Part shown: positions 28,133 through 38,255 of the stretch, one piece after another
How positions within the stretch are numbered: the stretch's first letter is position 1
Layout: the number at the start of each line of letters is the position of its first letter
Source: a virus
Lineage: Duplodnaviria > Heunggongvirae > Uroviricota > Caudoviricetes
Reading direction: 5' to 3' (one strand)
Virus record (IMG/VR): IMGVR_UViG_3300031994_000001
Coordinates: 247,799-311,798 of that record
DNA: 64,000 bases
Notes under the pieces: model-generated
Told to the model about the DNA's origin: nothing
Databases searched by the model: none
What the model saw: only the letters and a program-made list of their open reading frames with translations
Position numbers and translations under genes: made by a program

Positions 28133-29314
28133 ATGAGTATGAATACAGAGACAATGAAACAAGCCGCTTCAATCGCCGAACTCAAATCGGCTTACCGCAA
28201 ACTCGCATTTGAAAACCATCCCGACCGTGGGGGCAGCGAGGAAGCAATGAAAGAAATCAACAGCGTTTTCACAGCCTGCTTCGACAGACTGAAAGGAAAG
28301 GTTGTCACAAAGGCTGACAGCGAGGACTTCGGAACAGCCAAGACCGCCCGCGAATATACGGACTTCGTTTACAACGAGTACCGTTGGGAGGGTAGCCGAT
28401 ACGACAGAAGTCTGTCGCTCTCCGAAATCTGCAAGAAAATCAAAGACTATGCGGCAAAGAGATTCCCTACCTGCAAGTTCAGTGTGCGCAAAGACGGATA
28501 TCGCTCAATTGACATTTCCCTTATGTCTGGCGACTTCAACGCCTATGCCACAGACAAGGACAGAGAACTCAATTATCGAAGTTACAACCACTATCATTCC
28601 GACATCAACACGGAATTTTCCTCCCGTTGCAACGAGGTTCTTCGTCTCGTCAGCGAATACGCCGAATCATACAACTACGACAATTCCGACATTATGACAG
28701 ATTACTTCGATGTAAACTTCTATCTCAATGTGAGTGTGGGCAAGTTCAACAAGGCATACGTAAACACGTCAACAGTAATCAACGGAGAAAAGATAGCCAA
28801 GACCGAAACCGAGAAGAGTGTTCAAAAAGCACTCGGCACGAACAATTGGGTGTTCAAGACAACGGTTGCCAAGGTTGAGGACTACTTCATCTGCGAGCGC
28901 GGCGACAACCCATACGCGCATTACTATTCACAGTACAGTTTGGTACAAGCCAAGTTGGATAAACTGAACGCTGCGGGCATCAAGGCTGAATCCTTCAGAC
29001 ACGCAATCAGAATCACGAATTGGGAGGAAATCGCCAAGCAGATTGAGAGCGAGAGAGCCGCTATGGTCACAAAGTCGGAAACGAAACCCGAAGTGAAGTC
29101 CGAACCCGCACAAGAGGTGAAGTGCGGTGAAGTCAGAATCATTGACTACTCTGAACGCGCAATCGCCGTAATCGGCGACACCAAACCCATCAAGGGTCTG
29201 CTCAAATCAGCAGGCGGCAGTTTCAACTCAAAACTCTCCTGCGGCTGCGGTTGGGTGTTCAGCAAGAAAAGACGCAGCGAGGTTGAACAGATAGTCAAAA
29301 ACGCATCAAAATAA
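28133..29314 (+). CDS. J-domain protein fused to LPD29-like polyvalent-protein domain
   Basis: LKSAYRKLAFENHPDRGG J-domain; FPTCKFSVR...YNYDNSDIMTDYFDVNFY; C-terminal DYSERAIAVIGDTKPIK domain. Confidence 0.7.
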   Translation: MSMNTETMKQAASIAELKSAYRKLAFENHPDRGGSEEAMKEINSVFTACFDRLKGKVVTKADSEDFGTAKTAREYTDFVYNEYRWEGSRYDRSLSLSEICKKIKDYAAKRFPTCKFSVRKDGYRSIDISLMSGDFNAYATDKDRELNYRSYNHYHSDINTEFSSRCNEVLRLVSEYAESYNYDNSDIMTDYFDVNFYLNVSVGKFNKAYVNTSTVINGEKIAKTETEKSVQKALGTNNWVFKTTVAKVEDYFICERGDNPYAHYYSQYSLVQAKLDKLNAAGIKAESFRHAIRITNWEEIAKQIESERAAMVTKSETKPEVKSEPAQEVKCGEVRIIDYSERAIAVIGDTKPIKGLLKSAGGSFNSKLSCGCGWVFSKKRRSEVEQIVKNASK

Positions 29315-29321
29315 TACCGCT

Positions 29322-29651
29322 ATGATAATCAAAATCAAATGTGTCGGGGAGACACGGATAATCAACACGAAACATATCGTTGAAATCGTGTTCTATGAAA
29401 TGAAAGACAGCAGCGAAGATGCCCAAATCAGCATATTCTACGACTGCTGTGAAGAACCGAGCGTCATTAAGGGCAGAACCGATGAAATACGCAGATTGCT
29501 CAACTTCATAGAAAATAAGTTGAGTGACACGGAACGAATCGAAACATTCACTTTTGCCGAAGAAAGCAAACGGGAATATGACAGAAAATTCGATGTTATG
29601 TTTCCCGAAGAACATATCGGCGACCTATACGTCCCGAAATCGAAAGTATAA
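29322..29651 (+). CDS. Hypothetical protein
   Basis: 109 aa ORF. Confidence 0.7.
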   Translation: MIIKIKCVGETRIINTKHIVEIVFYEMKDSSEDAQISIFYDCCEEPSVIKGRTDEIRRLLNFIENKLSDTERIETFTFAEESKREYDRKFDVMFPEEHIGDLYVPKSKV

Positions 29652-29669
29652 ATACAAAAAATATCCAAT

Positions 29670-30392
29670 ATGAAAATTGAACGCATAGACGAATATTCAC
29701 GCCACGAAAAACACAGATTCACGAGAAACGCCATAGGCTCGCTTCTCGGAAAGGGAAAGGCTATCAAGGATTTCACCGTTCTGACGAGTGCAAATCCCGA
29801 TTCAAAGCCATTAACCGATAAAGAAAACGACAAACTGTTTGCCGATTTGAAGAAAAGCCTCAAAAGCGGCAGATATGTTTGGATTGAGCAGAAAGGTCAC
29901 TTCGGCGGAAACACCGAGGATTCCCTCTTCATTCTGAATATGCCGTTGGATTCAAAGGGCTATCCCGCAGTGTCGGCATATTATGCGGGCAAATATGAAC
30001 AGACATCGTTCATTTACGGAACTGTCATTGACGGTGAACTTCATTCGTTCTACTACGAGAAAAAGTATATTGACAAAAAGTACGACAAAAAGGAAAACCC
30101 CTATGTTCTCGTTGAGGAAACTGTCGGAATCAAAGATGCTTCAAGCGAGGACGACTATTCAATCATCGGCAAGAACTTCAAGTACACAATACCGTTCAAG
30201 ATTTTCGGCAACGTGGACAACAAGATTGTTGAGTGCATCAACAACTTCAATGACCGATTCGAGAAAAAGGCGGGTTACAAAAACACATTCGACAGCATCT
30301 TGCGTATGGTGACGGAAAGTGTCGGGCAAGCGGGATACTACTACCGAAGCATATACGGTGAACTCCTTGACGGAGTTGTCGTTGAAGATTAG
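29670..30392 (+). CDS. Putative late/internal head protein (MKIERIDE N-terminus)
   Basis: TATAAATA at 29647-29654; LTSANP...EN motif reminiscent of DUF3293. Confidence 0.55.
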   Translation: MKIERIDEYSRHEKHRFTRNAIGSLLGKGKAIKDFTVLTSANPDSKPLTDKENDKLFADLKKSLKSGRYVWIEQKGHFGGNTEDSLFILNMPLDSKGYPAVSAYYAGKYEQTSFIYGTVIDGELHSFYYEKKYIDKKYDKKENPYVLVEETVGIKDASSEDDYSIIGKNFKYTIPFKIFGNVDNKIVECINNFNDRFEKKAGYKNTFDSILRMVTESVGQAGYYYRSIYGELLDGVVVED

Positions 30393-30420
30393 AAAAAGGC
30401 GGCGCACAGCCGCCTTTTTT
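30393..30420 (+). terminator. Rho-independent terminator
   Basis: AAAAAGGCGGC-GCACA-GCCGCCTTTTTT. Confidence 0.8.
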
Positions 30421-30471
30421 AATTATGTTGTATAACACGCAATTATAAATATAAAAATAACGCATTATTGT

Positions 30472-32166
30472 ATGAAATGGAAATTTAACCCTAAAACGGG
30501 AAGAATGGAGCAGGAGAAACGGACGGGTGTCGAAGTGTCGGCAAGGCAGGGCGGCATTATGGTTGAGGATTTCGACAGCCACATCCAATTTCTGATAAAT
30601 TACGGAACGAGCAAAATCACGCATTGTTTCGGATGCAAGCCGACAGACATACATCTGTTTGACGATAGCAACGCACGCGCCATAGCCGAGCGTGTAAGGA
30701 GAATCGGCACGGGTCGCGGCATAGACAAATCTCTGTTCGATTACAGAGCGTATTCAGCAAAAAACAAAAATTTCAATATGACCGAGAATAATCATTCAAA
30801 TGACGAGCAATTCTTCAACGATTTGCACAAAGATTCAACGGCGTACCAATACAGACAATACATTGAGGAACGCCTTAACGAACTTATGCCGAGAACCGAG
30901 GCTGTGAATGAATCAACGGACACCGAGGAAGCCAACAACGACTTCAGCAAAATCCACACAGACAAAGCCCCGAAGGTAAAAGGATATTTCAAACTCATTT
31001 CATTGAGGTATATGAAAAGCGTCAAGGACATCAAGAAAATGTGCATTGAGTACATTAACACATACATTGATTCTTGTATGAATGTCGCTATGAAGATGAA
31101 AGACGACCAAGTGAAACTCGTTGATTCAGTCAACAGTTTGGCAAAGGACTTGAACTTCGCGGCAAAGGGCGCAAGCACAAAAGACACGGAAAAAACCTCC
31201 GACAACTTGAAGGGCGTTCTGTTCCTCACGGGCGACAAAGCGTTACTTGACAAACTCAACGCAATCTTGGAGAAAATTAAACTCCGTTCAAACAAGTCCG
31301 AACAACTCCGTAATTGGGCTAAACTTATGATTGAGCAGTCCAAAATAGTTGCCAACGAAATCGTGTTCAAGGAAACCAACAAGATGATTAAGGACGAAAA
31401 CGAGCGCGAAAAGGCGGAAGCCGCACAGAAAAAGGCTATGGAGGAAGCACAGAAGCAGTACGAGCAAGACAACAACGAAGTCAACAAGCAGGCAAAGGAA
31501 GAGGAACGCGAAGCCAACCTGCTTGGCGGAGACCCGTCAGAAGCCACCTCGAAGATAACGACAGATGACTTGAAAGAAGTCGGCAAACTCACGACAGACG
31601 ACTTTGAGAAAGCCGAACCCGTAACCGATAAAGATAACAAAGAGGACAGCGGCGAAAAGAGCGAACTCCAAAAGAACATTGAGGGATGGATGAGCAAATA
31701 CGGCGACCCGTCCGAAGATGTTTACAAAAAGTACAAGGAAGTCCTTGACGCTAAAAAAGACGCAGGCGGCGATGACTACACAAACGCCGAAAAGCAGTTC
31801 TTGTTCGGAGCGATTTGGGCAGACCACACCGACATCAAGAACGATGACGTTCCCGCTCCCGCATACATAGTTTATATATGTTCGAACTGCGAGGCACTTC
31901 GCCAAGCATTGTCAAAACACCAAATGTCCGACAGCGAATATGTCGAACTCGGCAAATACAAGATTGACGGTCTTGACGGCGACAAACTTCTCAAAGACAG
32001 CAACGCTGTTGGCGACACCAAAGCGTTCTATGAGAAAGCGGGCAAAGAGTGGAAATATTTCTTCTCAAAAGAATACACTGAAGTCAAGGATAAATCCGAG
32101 AAATCAAACGAATCACGCTACGTTATGTCCTCTGAAGATTTCATTAACGAAAAGTACAACAGATAA
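30472..32166 (+). CDS. Large charged coiled-coil late protein (probable virion component)
   Basis: TATAAATA 30444-30451; VNES/SNES/INE sites resembling head-protease cleavage sites. Confidence 0.6.
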   Translation: MKWKFNPKTGRMEQEKRTGVEVSARQGGIMVEDFDSHIQFLINYGTSKITHCFGCKPTDIHLFDDSNARAIAERVRRIGTGRGIDKSLFDYRAYSAKNKNFNMTENNHSNDEQFFNDLHKDSTAYQYRQYIEERLNELMPRTEAVNESTDTEEANNDFSKIHTDKAPKVKGYFKLISLRYMKSVKDIKKMCIEYINTYIDSCMNVAMKMKDDQVKLVDSVNSLAKDLNFAAKGASTKDTEKTSDNLKGVLFLTGDKALLDKLNAILEKIKLRSNKSEQLRNWAKLMIEQSKIVANEIVFKETNKMIKDENEREKAEAAQKKAMEEAQKQYEQDNNEVNKQAKEEEREANLLGGDPSEATSKITTDDLKEVGKLTTDDFEKAEPVTDKDNKEDSGEKSELQKNIEGWMSKYGDPSEDVYKKYKEVLDAKKDAGGDDYTNAEKQFLFGAIWADHTDIKNDDVPAPAYIVYICSNCEALRQALSKHQMSDSEYVELGKYKIDGLDGDKLLKDSNAVGDTKAFYEKAGKEWKYFFSKEYTEVKDKSEKSNESRYVMSSEDFINEKYNR

Positions 32167-32169
32167 ACT

Positions 32170-32571
32170 ATGCTTAACATACAACCTTTGACAAAACAAG
32201 ACTTGACATCCAAATACTTGGATGTCAGTCTTGATTTTTTGACGGGCATTAGGGATAGTATCGTAAAGAAGTTCCAAAAATTCGAGCAGGAACATACCAC
32301 AATGGAGGAAAGGTGTTGGGAAAACACATTCACCGTGGATTATGACAGAAAGGCGAAAGCAAATATTCTGACAATAAGGTATGTTACTTGGGATAATACG
32401 GACAAAGAGGAATTTATCGAAAAACTGTCGCATTACTTCACTATGAATGTCGCCCATTTTTGGGATATACTTCCGAATGTTGTATTCAAGGTGAAGTCCA
32501 AAAAAGAAGATTCCTACGACTTATACGCATACAAAATGATGAGGGGAAACCCAATATTGTTGAAGATATAA
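32170..32571 (+). CDS. Hypothetical protein (LNIQP motif N-terminus)
   Basis: MLNIQPLTKQDL shared with 36748, 36335 and 55286 proteins. Confidence 0.7.
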   Translation: MLNIQPLTKQDLTSKYLDVSLDFLTGIRDSIVKKFQKFEQEHTTMEERCWENTFTVDYDRKAKANILTIRYVTWDNTDKEEFIEKLSHYFTMNVAHFWDILPNVVFKVKSKKEDSYDLYAYKMMRGNPILLKI

Positions 32572-32598
32572 ATAATTGAAATTCTTAAACAAACACAA

Positions 32599-32853
32599 AT
32601 GAATTACGAAGAAATCAACGAAGAATTGTACAGTCAGTTGTCCGAGATAATCATTGATAACGGATATGAACTTGACATTAGTGAACTTGACTTCATTTCC
32701 TTCGGTATGCCAGTCACAAGCGTAGGCATAGACGAAAACGGAAAACTCTACTTCTATTCAAACGAGACTATTGACGAGATACCCGTTGAAGTCCAACTTG
32801 AATCCGATGATTACATTGAATTGGCAAACAAAATAATTGAATACTACGAATGA
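32599..32853 (+). CDS. Acidic hypothetical protein
   Basis: 84 aa ORF; TATAAATA 32567-32574. Confidence 0.7.
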   Translation: MNYEEINEELYSQLSEIIIDNGYELDISELDFISFGMPVTSVGIDENGKLYFYSNETIDEIPVEVQLESDDYIELANKIIEYYE

Positions 32854-33065
32854 AAAGAGTGTTAAGATTTTTGAAATCCCTCATACGCTACATATTCACG
32901 GGGCATTTCCAAAACGTGTCGTTTGACGAATACGCAAAGAGAATTGAGATATGTTCAAAGTGCGACAAAATCAACCAACACAACTATTCCTGCGGCGTAT
33001 GCGGATGCTATATGGACAAGAAAGCCAAATGGTCAACAGAGTGCTGCGAACTTGAAAAATGGTAG
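32850..33065 (+). CDS. Small Cys-rich (zinc-binding) protein
   Basis: R..IC..C...CGVCGC...K......C...KW pattern. Confidence 0.7.
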   Translation: MKRVLRFLKSLIRYIFTGHFQNVSFDEYAKRIEICSKCDKINQHNYSCGVCGCYMDKKAKWSTECCELEKW

Positions 33066-33103
33066 CACACCGCCCGTATAAATATATAGAACATTTTATC
33101 AAT

Positions 33104-35113
33104 ATGAACGAAAATCTTTTGAGACTTATCTATTCCCACAAGAAATGCGAATTGTCTGACGAGCAGATATTGAGCGTTCTTTTGGGTATGGGCATTGTAG
33201 ATACCGTTGCCAAGGCGCATCTCGAATACTACAACAAAAACATCGCAAAGAAAAAAGACCCAATGGAAACCGATGAACTGAAACTTGACAGAAGTTTCGA
33301 GGTAAGCGGCGACACCAAAAAGAATATAAATATAAAAGAAAATAATACATCCACTATGAAGAAATTAAATACTATTCAGTTATATGAAAATTTGACCAAC
33401 GCAGCACGCGAACTTCACGAGATGGCTACTGCAAAGTCAAATGCTTCATATTCAGCGGTGACTGCTTATTCAATCATCGAAAAGGCTTTGGCTTCTATGC
33501 CAACGGAGGTTTCATTGATTGTCAGCAGAATGAAAGCAGGTCTGCCTGGCGCGGACGAATCCAAACTCAACCCCGCACTAAAATACGAGGTTGCTGAAAG
33601 CGTTTACAATATGCTCAACAATTCAAGTTACCTCGTTCCCGTCAAGGTTCTCTGCGAGTATATCAGCGAGAGTATGAAAGAGGACAAATGGGGCTATGTC
33701 GCTGCCAAGATGATGAGCATCTGCGGCGCGAAGTCTGCCAACAATATGTACGCTGCCGTTTACGAGCAACTGTCAAACGCTCTCAACGGTGACAACATCT
33801 ACGAGGATTTGAAGAAAATCGCTTCCGAATCCGAGTTTTGGTGCAGCGAATCAAAGCAGGTTATCGCCCTTATGGAATCAGAGGAATACAGCAAGACCAA
33901 CGAAATCAACAAGACTGTCGTTGAAAACAGCGGATTCTCTATGGTCGCTATGTTCTCACCGATTCTCGAAAACGAGGATTCTGTCTGCTTCAACCTCTAC
34001 GGAAAGAACTATATGATGAAAGACGGGAAGGTCAACGAGTGCCAAGTTTCCGACAAACGCTACAATGACGTTGTGAACGGTCTCTGCCTTATGAGTTACA
34101 ATCAGAAGGACGACACCTTGGAATACTACGGTGCAAACGGCAAGGTTCTCGAATATCACTTGAACGAAGGCAAAATCACTATCGGAAAGAACGACCTTAC
34201 CGAGAACTCATCTCTTGATTTGAGAAACAGTCTCGCTATCAGCGGTCTTTTCAACAACTCAACAATCGGTGATGCCGACATTCTTACCAAGATGTTCGAG
34301 AGCAAGGATATGATTGGCAGACTTGACAGTTGTATCAATCTGAAATCCGAAATCGAAGCAGGTTTGTTCCTTACCCTCATTTCAGTTGAGGAAGGCTACT
34401 ATGTGAACACAGTCAACTACAATACCTTGGTGAACGAAATGAAGTATTTCAAGACAGCAACCGCTACCAAGAACTTTATCAAGGAATCATTCAACTATGA
34501 CGCTACTGCAATCCTCAAGGAAGCCCTTAAAGCCGAGGGTGACAAGTTCGCTGCCATTATGGAGCAACGCAACACCATCCAAGACAGAATCAACTTCCTC
34601 AAAGGAAAACGCGGTGAGATTATGGCGAAGATTGAGGCTCTGCCATCAAATGTTGATTCGGCAAACCTCGTTGAAGCCCTCAACTTGCTTGAATGCGAAA
34701 TCAAGGACAACGAATGCTCTCTCGCCGACACATACAAGAACTTCGACCTCGGCAACAACGTACCCGTCAAAGTGTGCAATGTTGTGGGAACTTTGAACCC
34801 AGGCGATGTGGTGTATGTTGACGCTGCCGTATTCACAGCAACTCCCGAATGCACAACAATCAGCGTGACCGACCCCAAAACGGGTTCAGCAATCGTTCTT
34901 AACAAATCAGACATCGTGTTTGATTTGAACCACCCGTCACCCGAAGCACCTGCAACTCCCGAAGGTGAAGGCGGTTGCGAGGGAGGCTGCAAAGGCTGCG
35001 ATTGTAAAGGCGGCTGCGAGGGCGGCTGCGAGGGCGGCTGCAAAGAAAAACCTGCCGTAGCACCAACAAGCGGCGTTGACGGCGAGCAGGTTTTGATTGG
35101 TGAAAACGAATAA
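33104..35113 (+). CDS. Large late protein (probable head/structural) with C-terminal Gly-Cys repeats
   Basis: TATAAATA 33077-33084; multiple I/L-x-E sites; GGCEGGCKGCDCKGGCEGGCEGGCK tail. Confidence 0.65.
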   Translation: MNENLLRLIYSHKKCELSDEQILSVLLGMGIVDTVAKAHLEYYNKNIAKKKDPMETDELKLDRSFEVSGDTKKNINIKENNTSTMKKLNTIQLYENLTNAARELHEMATAKSNASYSAVTAYSIIEKALASMPTEVSLIVSRMKAGLPGADESKLNPALKYEVAESVYNMLNNSSYLVPVKVLCEYISESMKEDKWGYVAAKMMSICGAKSANNMYAAVYEQLSNALNGDNIYEDLKKIASESEFWCSESKQVIALMESEEYSKTNEINKTVVENSGFSMVAMFSPILENEDSVCFNLYGKNYMMKDGKVNECQVSDKRYNDVVNGLCLMSYNQKDDTLEYYGANGKVLEYHLNEGKITIGKNDLTENSSLDLRNSLAISGLFNNSTIGDADILTKMFESKDMIGRLDSCINLKSEIEAGLFLTLISVEEGYYVNTVNYNTLVNEMKYFKTATATKNFIKESFNYDATAILKEALKAEGDKFAAIMEQRNTIQDRINFLKGKRGEIMAKIEALPSNVDSANLVEALNLLECEIKDNECSLADTYKNFDLGNNVPVKVCNVVGTLNPGDVVYVDAAVFTATPECTTISVTDPKTGSAIVLNKSDIVFDLNHPSPEAPATPEGEGGCEGGCKGCDCKGGCEGGCEGGCKEKPAVAPTSGVDGEQVLIGENE

Positions 35114-35137
35114 CCACGAACACCTTTCTATATAAAC

Positions 35138-35171
35138 GAAGAAGCCCGATGAGATTTCATCGGGCTTCTTC
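35138..35171. terminator. Hairpin terminator between convergent genes
   Basis: GAAGAAGCCCGATGA...TCATCGGGCTTCTTC inverted repeat. Confidence 0.75.
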
Positions 35172-35202
35172 ATTATCCAATCAATGAAAATATCGTTCAA
35201 TT

Positions 35203-35748
35203 CTATGACCCAAACAATGTGTCGTTTATAGTATTAATTACATTAAGAGTATTGTTGAGACTTATTGATGAAGTATCACTTGCGTACATTTTCATAGTCA
35301 TATTATCTTTGTCAATCATACAATCATAATTCATTGAAGCAGGCAATCTTTTGTCAAAACCCCAACTATAATATATTTTGTTGCCATCTACTGTCTTAAA
35401 CAAATCTTCGCCGTCATCCCCTATATTGTTAACGTGATTTTCAATGTATTTACAAACACTATCAGCATCAAGTTTTCCATCCACCTTTTTGAACATCATT
35501 TCTGGAACATCGTCTTGAATGTCTCTGCTTACGATTTCTTTATAAATCGCATTCGCTTCCATCACATATCCTTTATCTAAACAAATCATATAATATGCTT
35601 TAAGTTTTTCATCAGAACACGCTTTTACATTTTGCCTTCGCTGTCCTTTATGCCATTGCTCCATTTTGTTAATTTTTGTACTTTCATTTGAAGCACTTGA
35701 CATTTCATAAATTTTTGATATATATTGTTCCGAATTAAATATATCCAT
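35203..35748 (-). CDS. Putative internal head protein (start ATG 35748)
   Basis: MDIFNSEQY...IYE..SNES N-terminus; AT-rich. Confidence 0.6.
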   Translation of the reverse strand: MDIFNSEQYISKIYEMSSASNESTKINKMEQWHKGQRRQNVKACSDEKLKAYYMICLDKGYVMEANAIYKEIVSRDIQDDVPEMMFKKVDGKLDADSVCKYIENHVNNIGDDGEDLFKTVDGNKIYYSWGFDKRLPASMNYDCMIDKDNMTMKMYASDTSSISLNNTLNVINTINDTLFGS

Positions 35749-35753
35749 AACCG

Positions 35754-36344
35754 TTATATATCTTTCACAAAGCGCACGGAGAATCCGTTTTGCGCATTCA
35801 TTCTGACAAGTGGCATTTTCCAATATCCGTCATATATGATGTCAATGAAATACGATTCGTCAACCCTGCCTGCATCAATAATGTCGTCAATCAGTATGCA
35901 AGCCTCCTTACCTACACCAACAGTATCAACGGTGTAGTATGAAAAATAGCCGACCATTTTTGCATCGAAACCGAACTCGTTAGTACAGCCGTCATAGTCG
36001 GTTGAAACGAGTTTGCTTATATTGTCATAACCAACTGTATCGTACAAGTTGTCATAATCGCTCTTTGTCGGAATACGCCAACCGTTAGGCACGATTTTTC
36101 TCGCCCCTACGAGTGTGTAGTAAATTTCCTTGCCTTTCTTGAAATAATCAACATTAGGCTGCAAATAAGAACCGTTTGCCGCGTATAATGTTTTCACATT
36201 CTCGGCACACCATTCAAGGTTGCCGATAACAACACTTTTCATTTTCAAACCGTTTGCAGTGTTGTAAAGCCTTTCCTTTGTGATTGGCTTTATATCCAAT
36301 TTCTCATTGAATTGTTCTATACTTAATACTTTCATAGTTGTCAT
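35754..36344 (-). CDS. Fibrobacter succinogenes major paralogous (FISUMP)-like domain protein
   Basis: VIGNLEWCAEN, YYT, PNGWRIPT..D, GFDA...G, GFSVRFVKD. Confidence 0.7.
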   Translation of the reverse strand: MTTMKVLSIEQFNEKLDIKPITKERLYNTANGLKMKSVVIGNLEWCAENVKTLYAANGSYLQPNVDYFKKGKEIYYTLVGARKIVPNGWRIPTKSDYDNLYDTVGYDNISKLVSTDYDGCTNEFGFDAKMVGYFSYYTVDTVGVGKEACILIDDIIDAGRVDESYFIDIIYDGYWKMPLVRMNAQNGFSVRFVKDI

Positions 36345-36748
36345 AATTTTTGAAAATCAGAGGCATCAAACAAAATGTCTTCCATAACGAATGATTCGTG
36401 TCTTATTGCAAGCCCCAAGCACCTTAAAAACAAATAGTGACCGTCAGCATTGCCGATTGAATCCAAATATTTTATAGCCTCGTCCGCCGTATAGTATTTT
36501 CCACTCCTATCATAAGCAAAAACACAATGTTCATCCAACGCCATTTGGAACACTTCCATATCATCGTCATCGTAATTGCAAGACTCCTTCAAAAACGATT
36601 TGTCGTAATCATTCAGCGTATATTCCAACGCCATATTGGAACTTTGCTTTTCCGCAGCCGCTTTCGCAAATTCAGACAGCCTCGCTTTTGACACGGGTTG
36701 AATGTTCAGTTTCTCCGCAACGTATGTCTCATATCCGAGTATTTTCAT
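36341..36748 (-). CDS. Putative internal head protein
   Basis: MKILGYETYVAEKLNIQPVSKARL N-terminus. Confidence 0.65.
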   Translation of the reverse strand: MKILGYETYVAEKLNIQPVSKARLSEFAKAAAEKQSSNMALEYTLNDYDKSFLKESCNYDDDDMEVFQMALDEHCVFAYDRSGKYYTADEAIKYLDSIGNADGHYLFLRCLGLAIRHESFVMEDILFDASDFQKL

Positions 36749-36787
36749 AAGTCGTATTTATGAGTTATATATAAGTCAAACCACAAC

Positions 36788-38194
36788 TTACTGTATCTTG
36801 TCGGTGACGAGATATGTGTTGTTCGGGTCTATGCTCACCATATTTCCGAGCAATGAAAGAAATGCGTTGCCGAGAACAATCTTCGTATCCTCGTCACGGT
36901 TCACCTTGACCTTGAACATAATGTTCTTATATGAGGCATCGTTGAAATCCAATCTTGCACTGATGAGGTAACTGCGGTTCATATCGGGTTCAAGCAATGT
37001 TCCTATCACGTTCCTTATGATAGTCTTATCGCCCACACAGAATGAAACCTTGTTGCCGTCCTCATTGTATGCTGCGGATTTGGTTGAAATGACATTGATG
37101 TCAGTGTTCATATCGAACATAATGTCGGTGTCGCAGTCAATATCGTCAAACACAAGTTTAGCCGATTCAACGCTACCGATTGTGGTCACGTTGTTGTTGA
37201 TATACTTAAACTTCTTTAAGAAGTCGAATATGTAGTTCACGGGGGAAACTTCCGAAACGGAAGAAATACCCTTAACACCTGGCGATGCGTTCACCTCAAT
37301 AATGTAGTTCTCGCCCGTGTTCTTGTCAACAATCATATCAACGCCGCACCAACGACATTTGACTGCGGCAGCGGTCTTGATTGCAAGTTCCTTCTGCTCG
37401 TCACTCAACTCGAACTTTTCGATAGTTCCACCGAGGCTGAAATTGGTTCTGAAGTCACCGTCAATCTTGTTACGGCGCATAACGCCGATAATCTCGAATG
37501 ATTCAGTGTTGTTTGAAATCCTGCTGTATGACTTGTTGAACACGTGGATACGGAGGTCGTAATCGGATTCGATTTTGTTTTGCAACAGAATCTCCGCATT
37601 CGGAACGAGTTTGAATATGGTTTCGAGTGTTGACTTCAGACTCATATAGGAATCTATGATGAACACGCCTATACCTTTCTTTCCGTCAAGAAGTTTGCAC
37701 ACCACAGGAAAGTTGCCGCCAATAAATTTCACCTTCTTTTCAAGTCTGTCAATGTCGTCAGCAGTCACAACTGTTGTGGCGGGTGTCGGGATATTCTCCG
37801 CAGACAGCACTTTGTATGTCGTGTACTTGTTCTCACAGTTCTCGTAACTGTCAAGGCTGTTTATGACGAAGAAACCTCTGTTCTCGAACTCCTTTAAGAA
37901 GTTCTTTGTGCGTGAGTTTTTGAGAATGGTAAGACGCGGCAGGATAATTGTGTTGTTCGTGCTGATTGCCACGGATTTGTCTGTGTCGTTGAGAATGTAG
38001 TTTTTCTCGTCCTTTCTCTCCAACGAAGCCGTCTCTGGGTTCGCATACAAGAACGTAATCCCGTATTCCGCACACTTCTCTTTCAACATTTTACAGAATG
38101 TTGAGTTGGTTATTGAACTCAAATAAAGCAACTGAACGGTGTCAATTTTTTTGGACTCCGTTATCAAACTATATGTTTGTGATAAAGTTTTCAT
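36788..38194 (-). CDS. rimK: RimK-family ATP-grasp ligase with C-terminal degenerate retropepsin-like (RimB-like) domain
   Basis: NKY.TY..L....IPTP.T, FPVVCK..DG..GIGV, DLRI, DFRTNFSLGG, GVDM, IEVNASPG. Confidence 0.8.
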   Translation of the reverse strand: MKTLSQTYSLITESKKIDTVQLLYLSSITNSTFCKMLKEKCAEYGITFLYANPETASLERKDEKNYILNDTDKSVAISTNNTIILPRLTILKNSRTKNFLKEFENRGFFVINSLDSYENCENKYTTYKVLSAENIPTPATTVVTADDIDRLEKKVKFIGGNFPVVCKLLDGKKGIGVFIIDSYMSLKSTLETIFKLVPNAEILLQNKIESDYDLRIHVFNKSYSRISNNTESFEIIGVMRRNKIDGDFRTNFSLGGTIEKFELSDEQKELAIKTAAAVKCRWCGVDMIVDKNTGENYIIEVNASPGVKGISSVSEVSPVNYIFDFLKKFKYINNNVTTIGSVESAKLVFDDIDCDTDIMFDMNTDINVISTKSAAYNEDGNKVSFCVGDKTIIRNVIGTLLEPDMNRSYLISARLDFNDASYKNIMFKVKVNRDEDTKIVLGNAFLSLLGNMVSIDPNNTYLVTDKIQ

Positions 38195-38215
38195 ACAAAA
38201 ATTCTTTCTTTTTAT

Positions 38216-38223
38216 TATTTATA
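38216..38223 (-). promoter_or_regulatory. T4-like late promoter TATAAATA
   Basis: Exact T4 late consensus upstream of rimK; also at 15671, 17933, 29647, 30444, 32567, 33077, 45096, 54742, 60393. Confidence 0.65.
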
Positions 38224-38255
38224 AGTGATAGATTTGAACTAATACAAAAAGCAAT

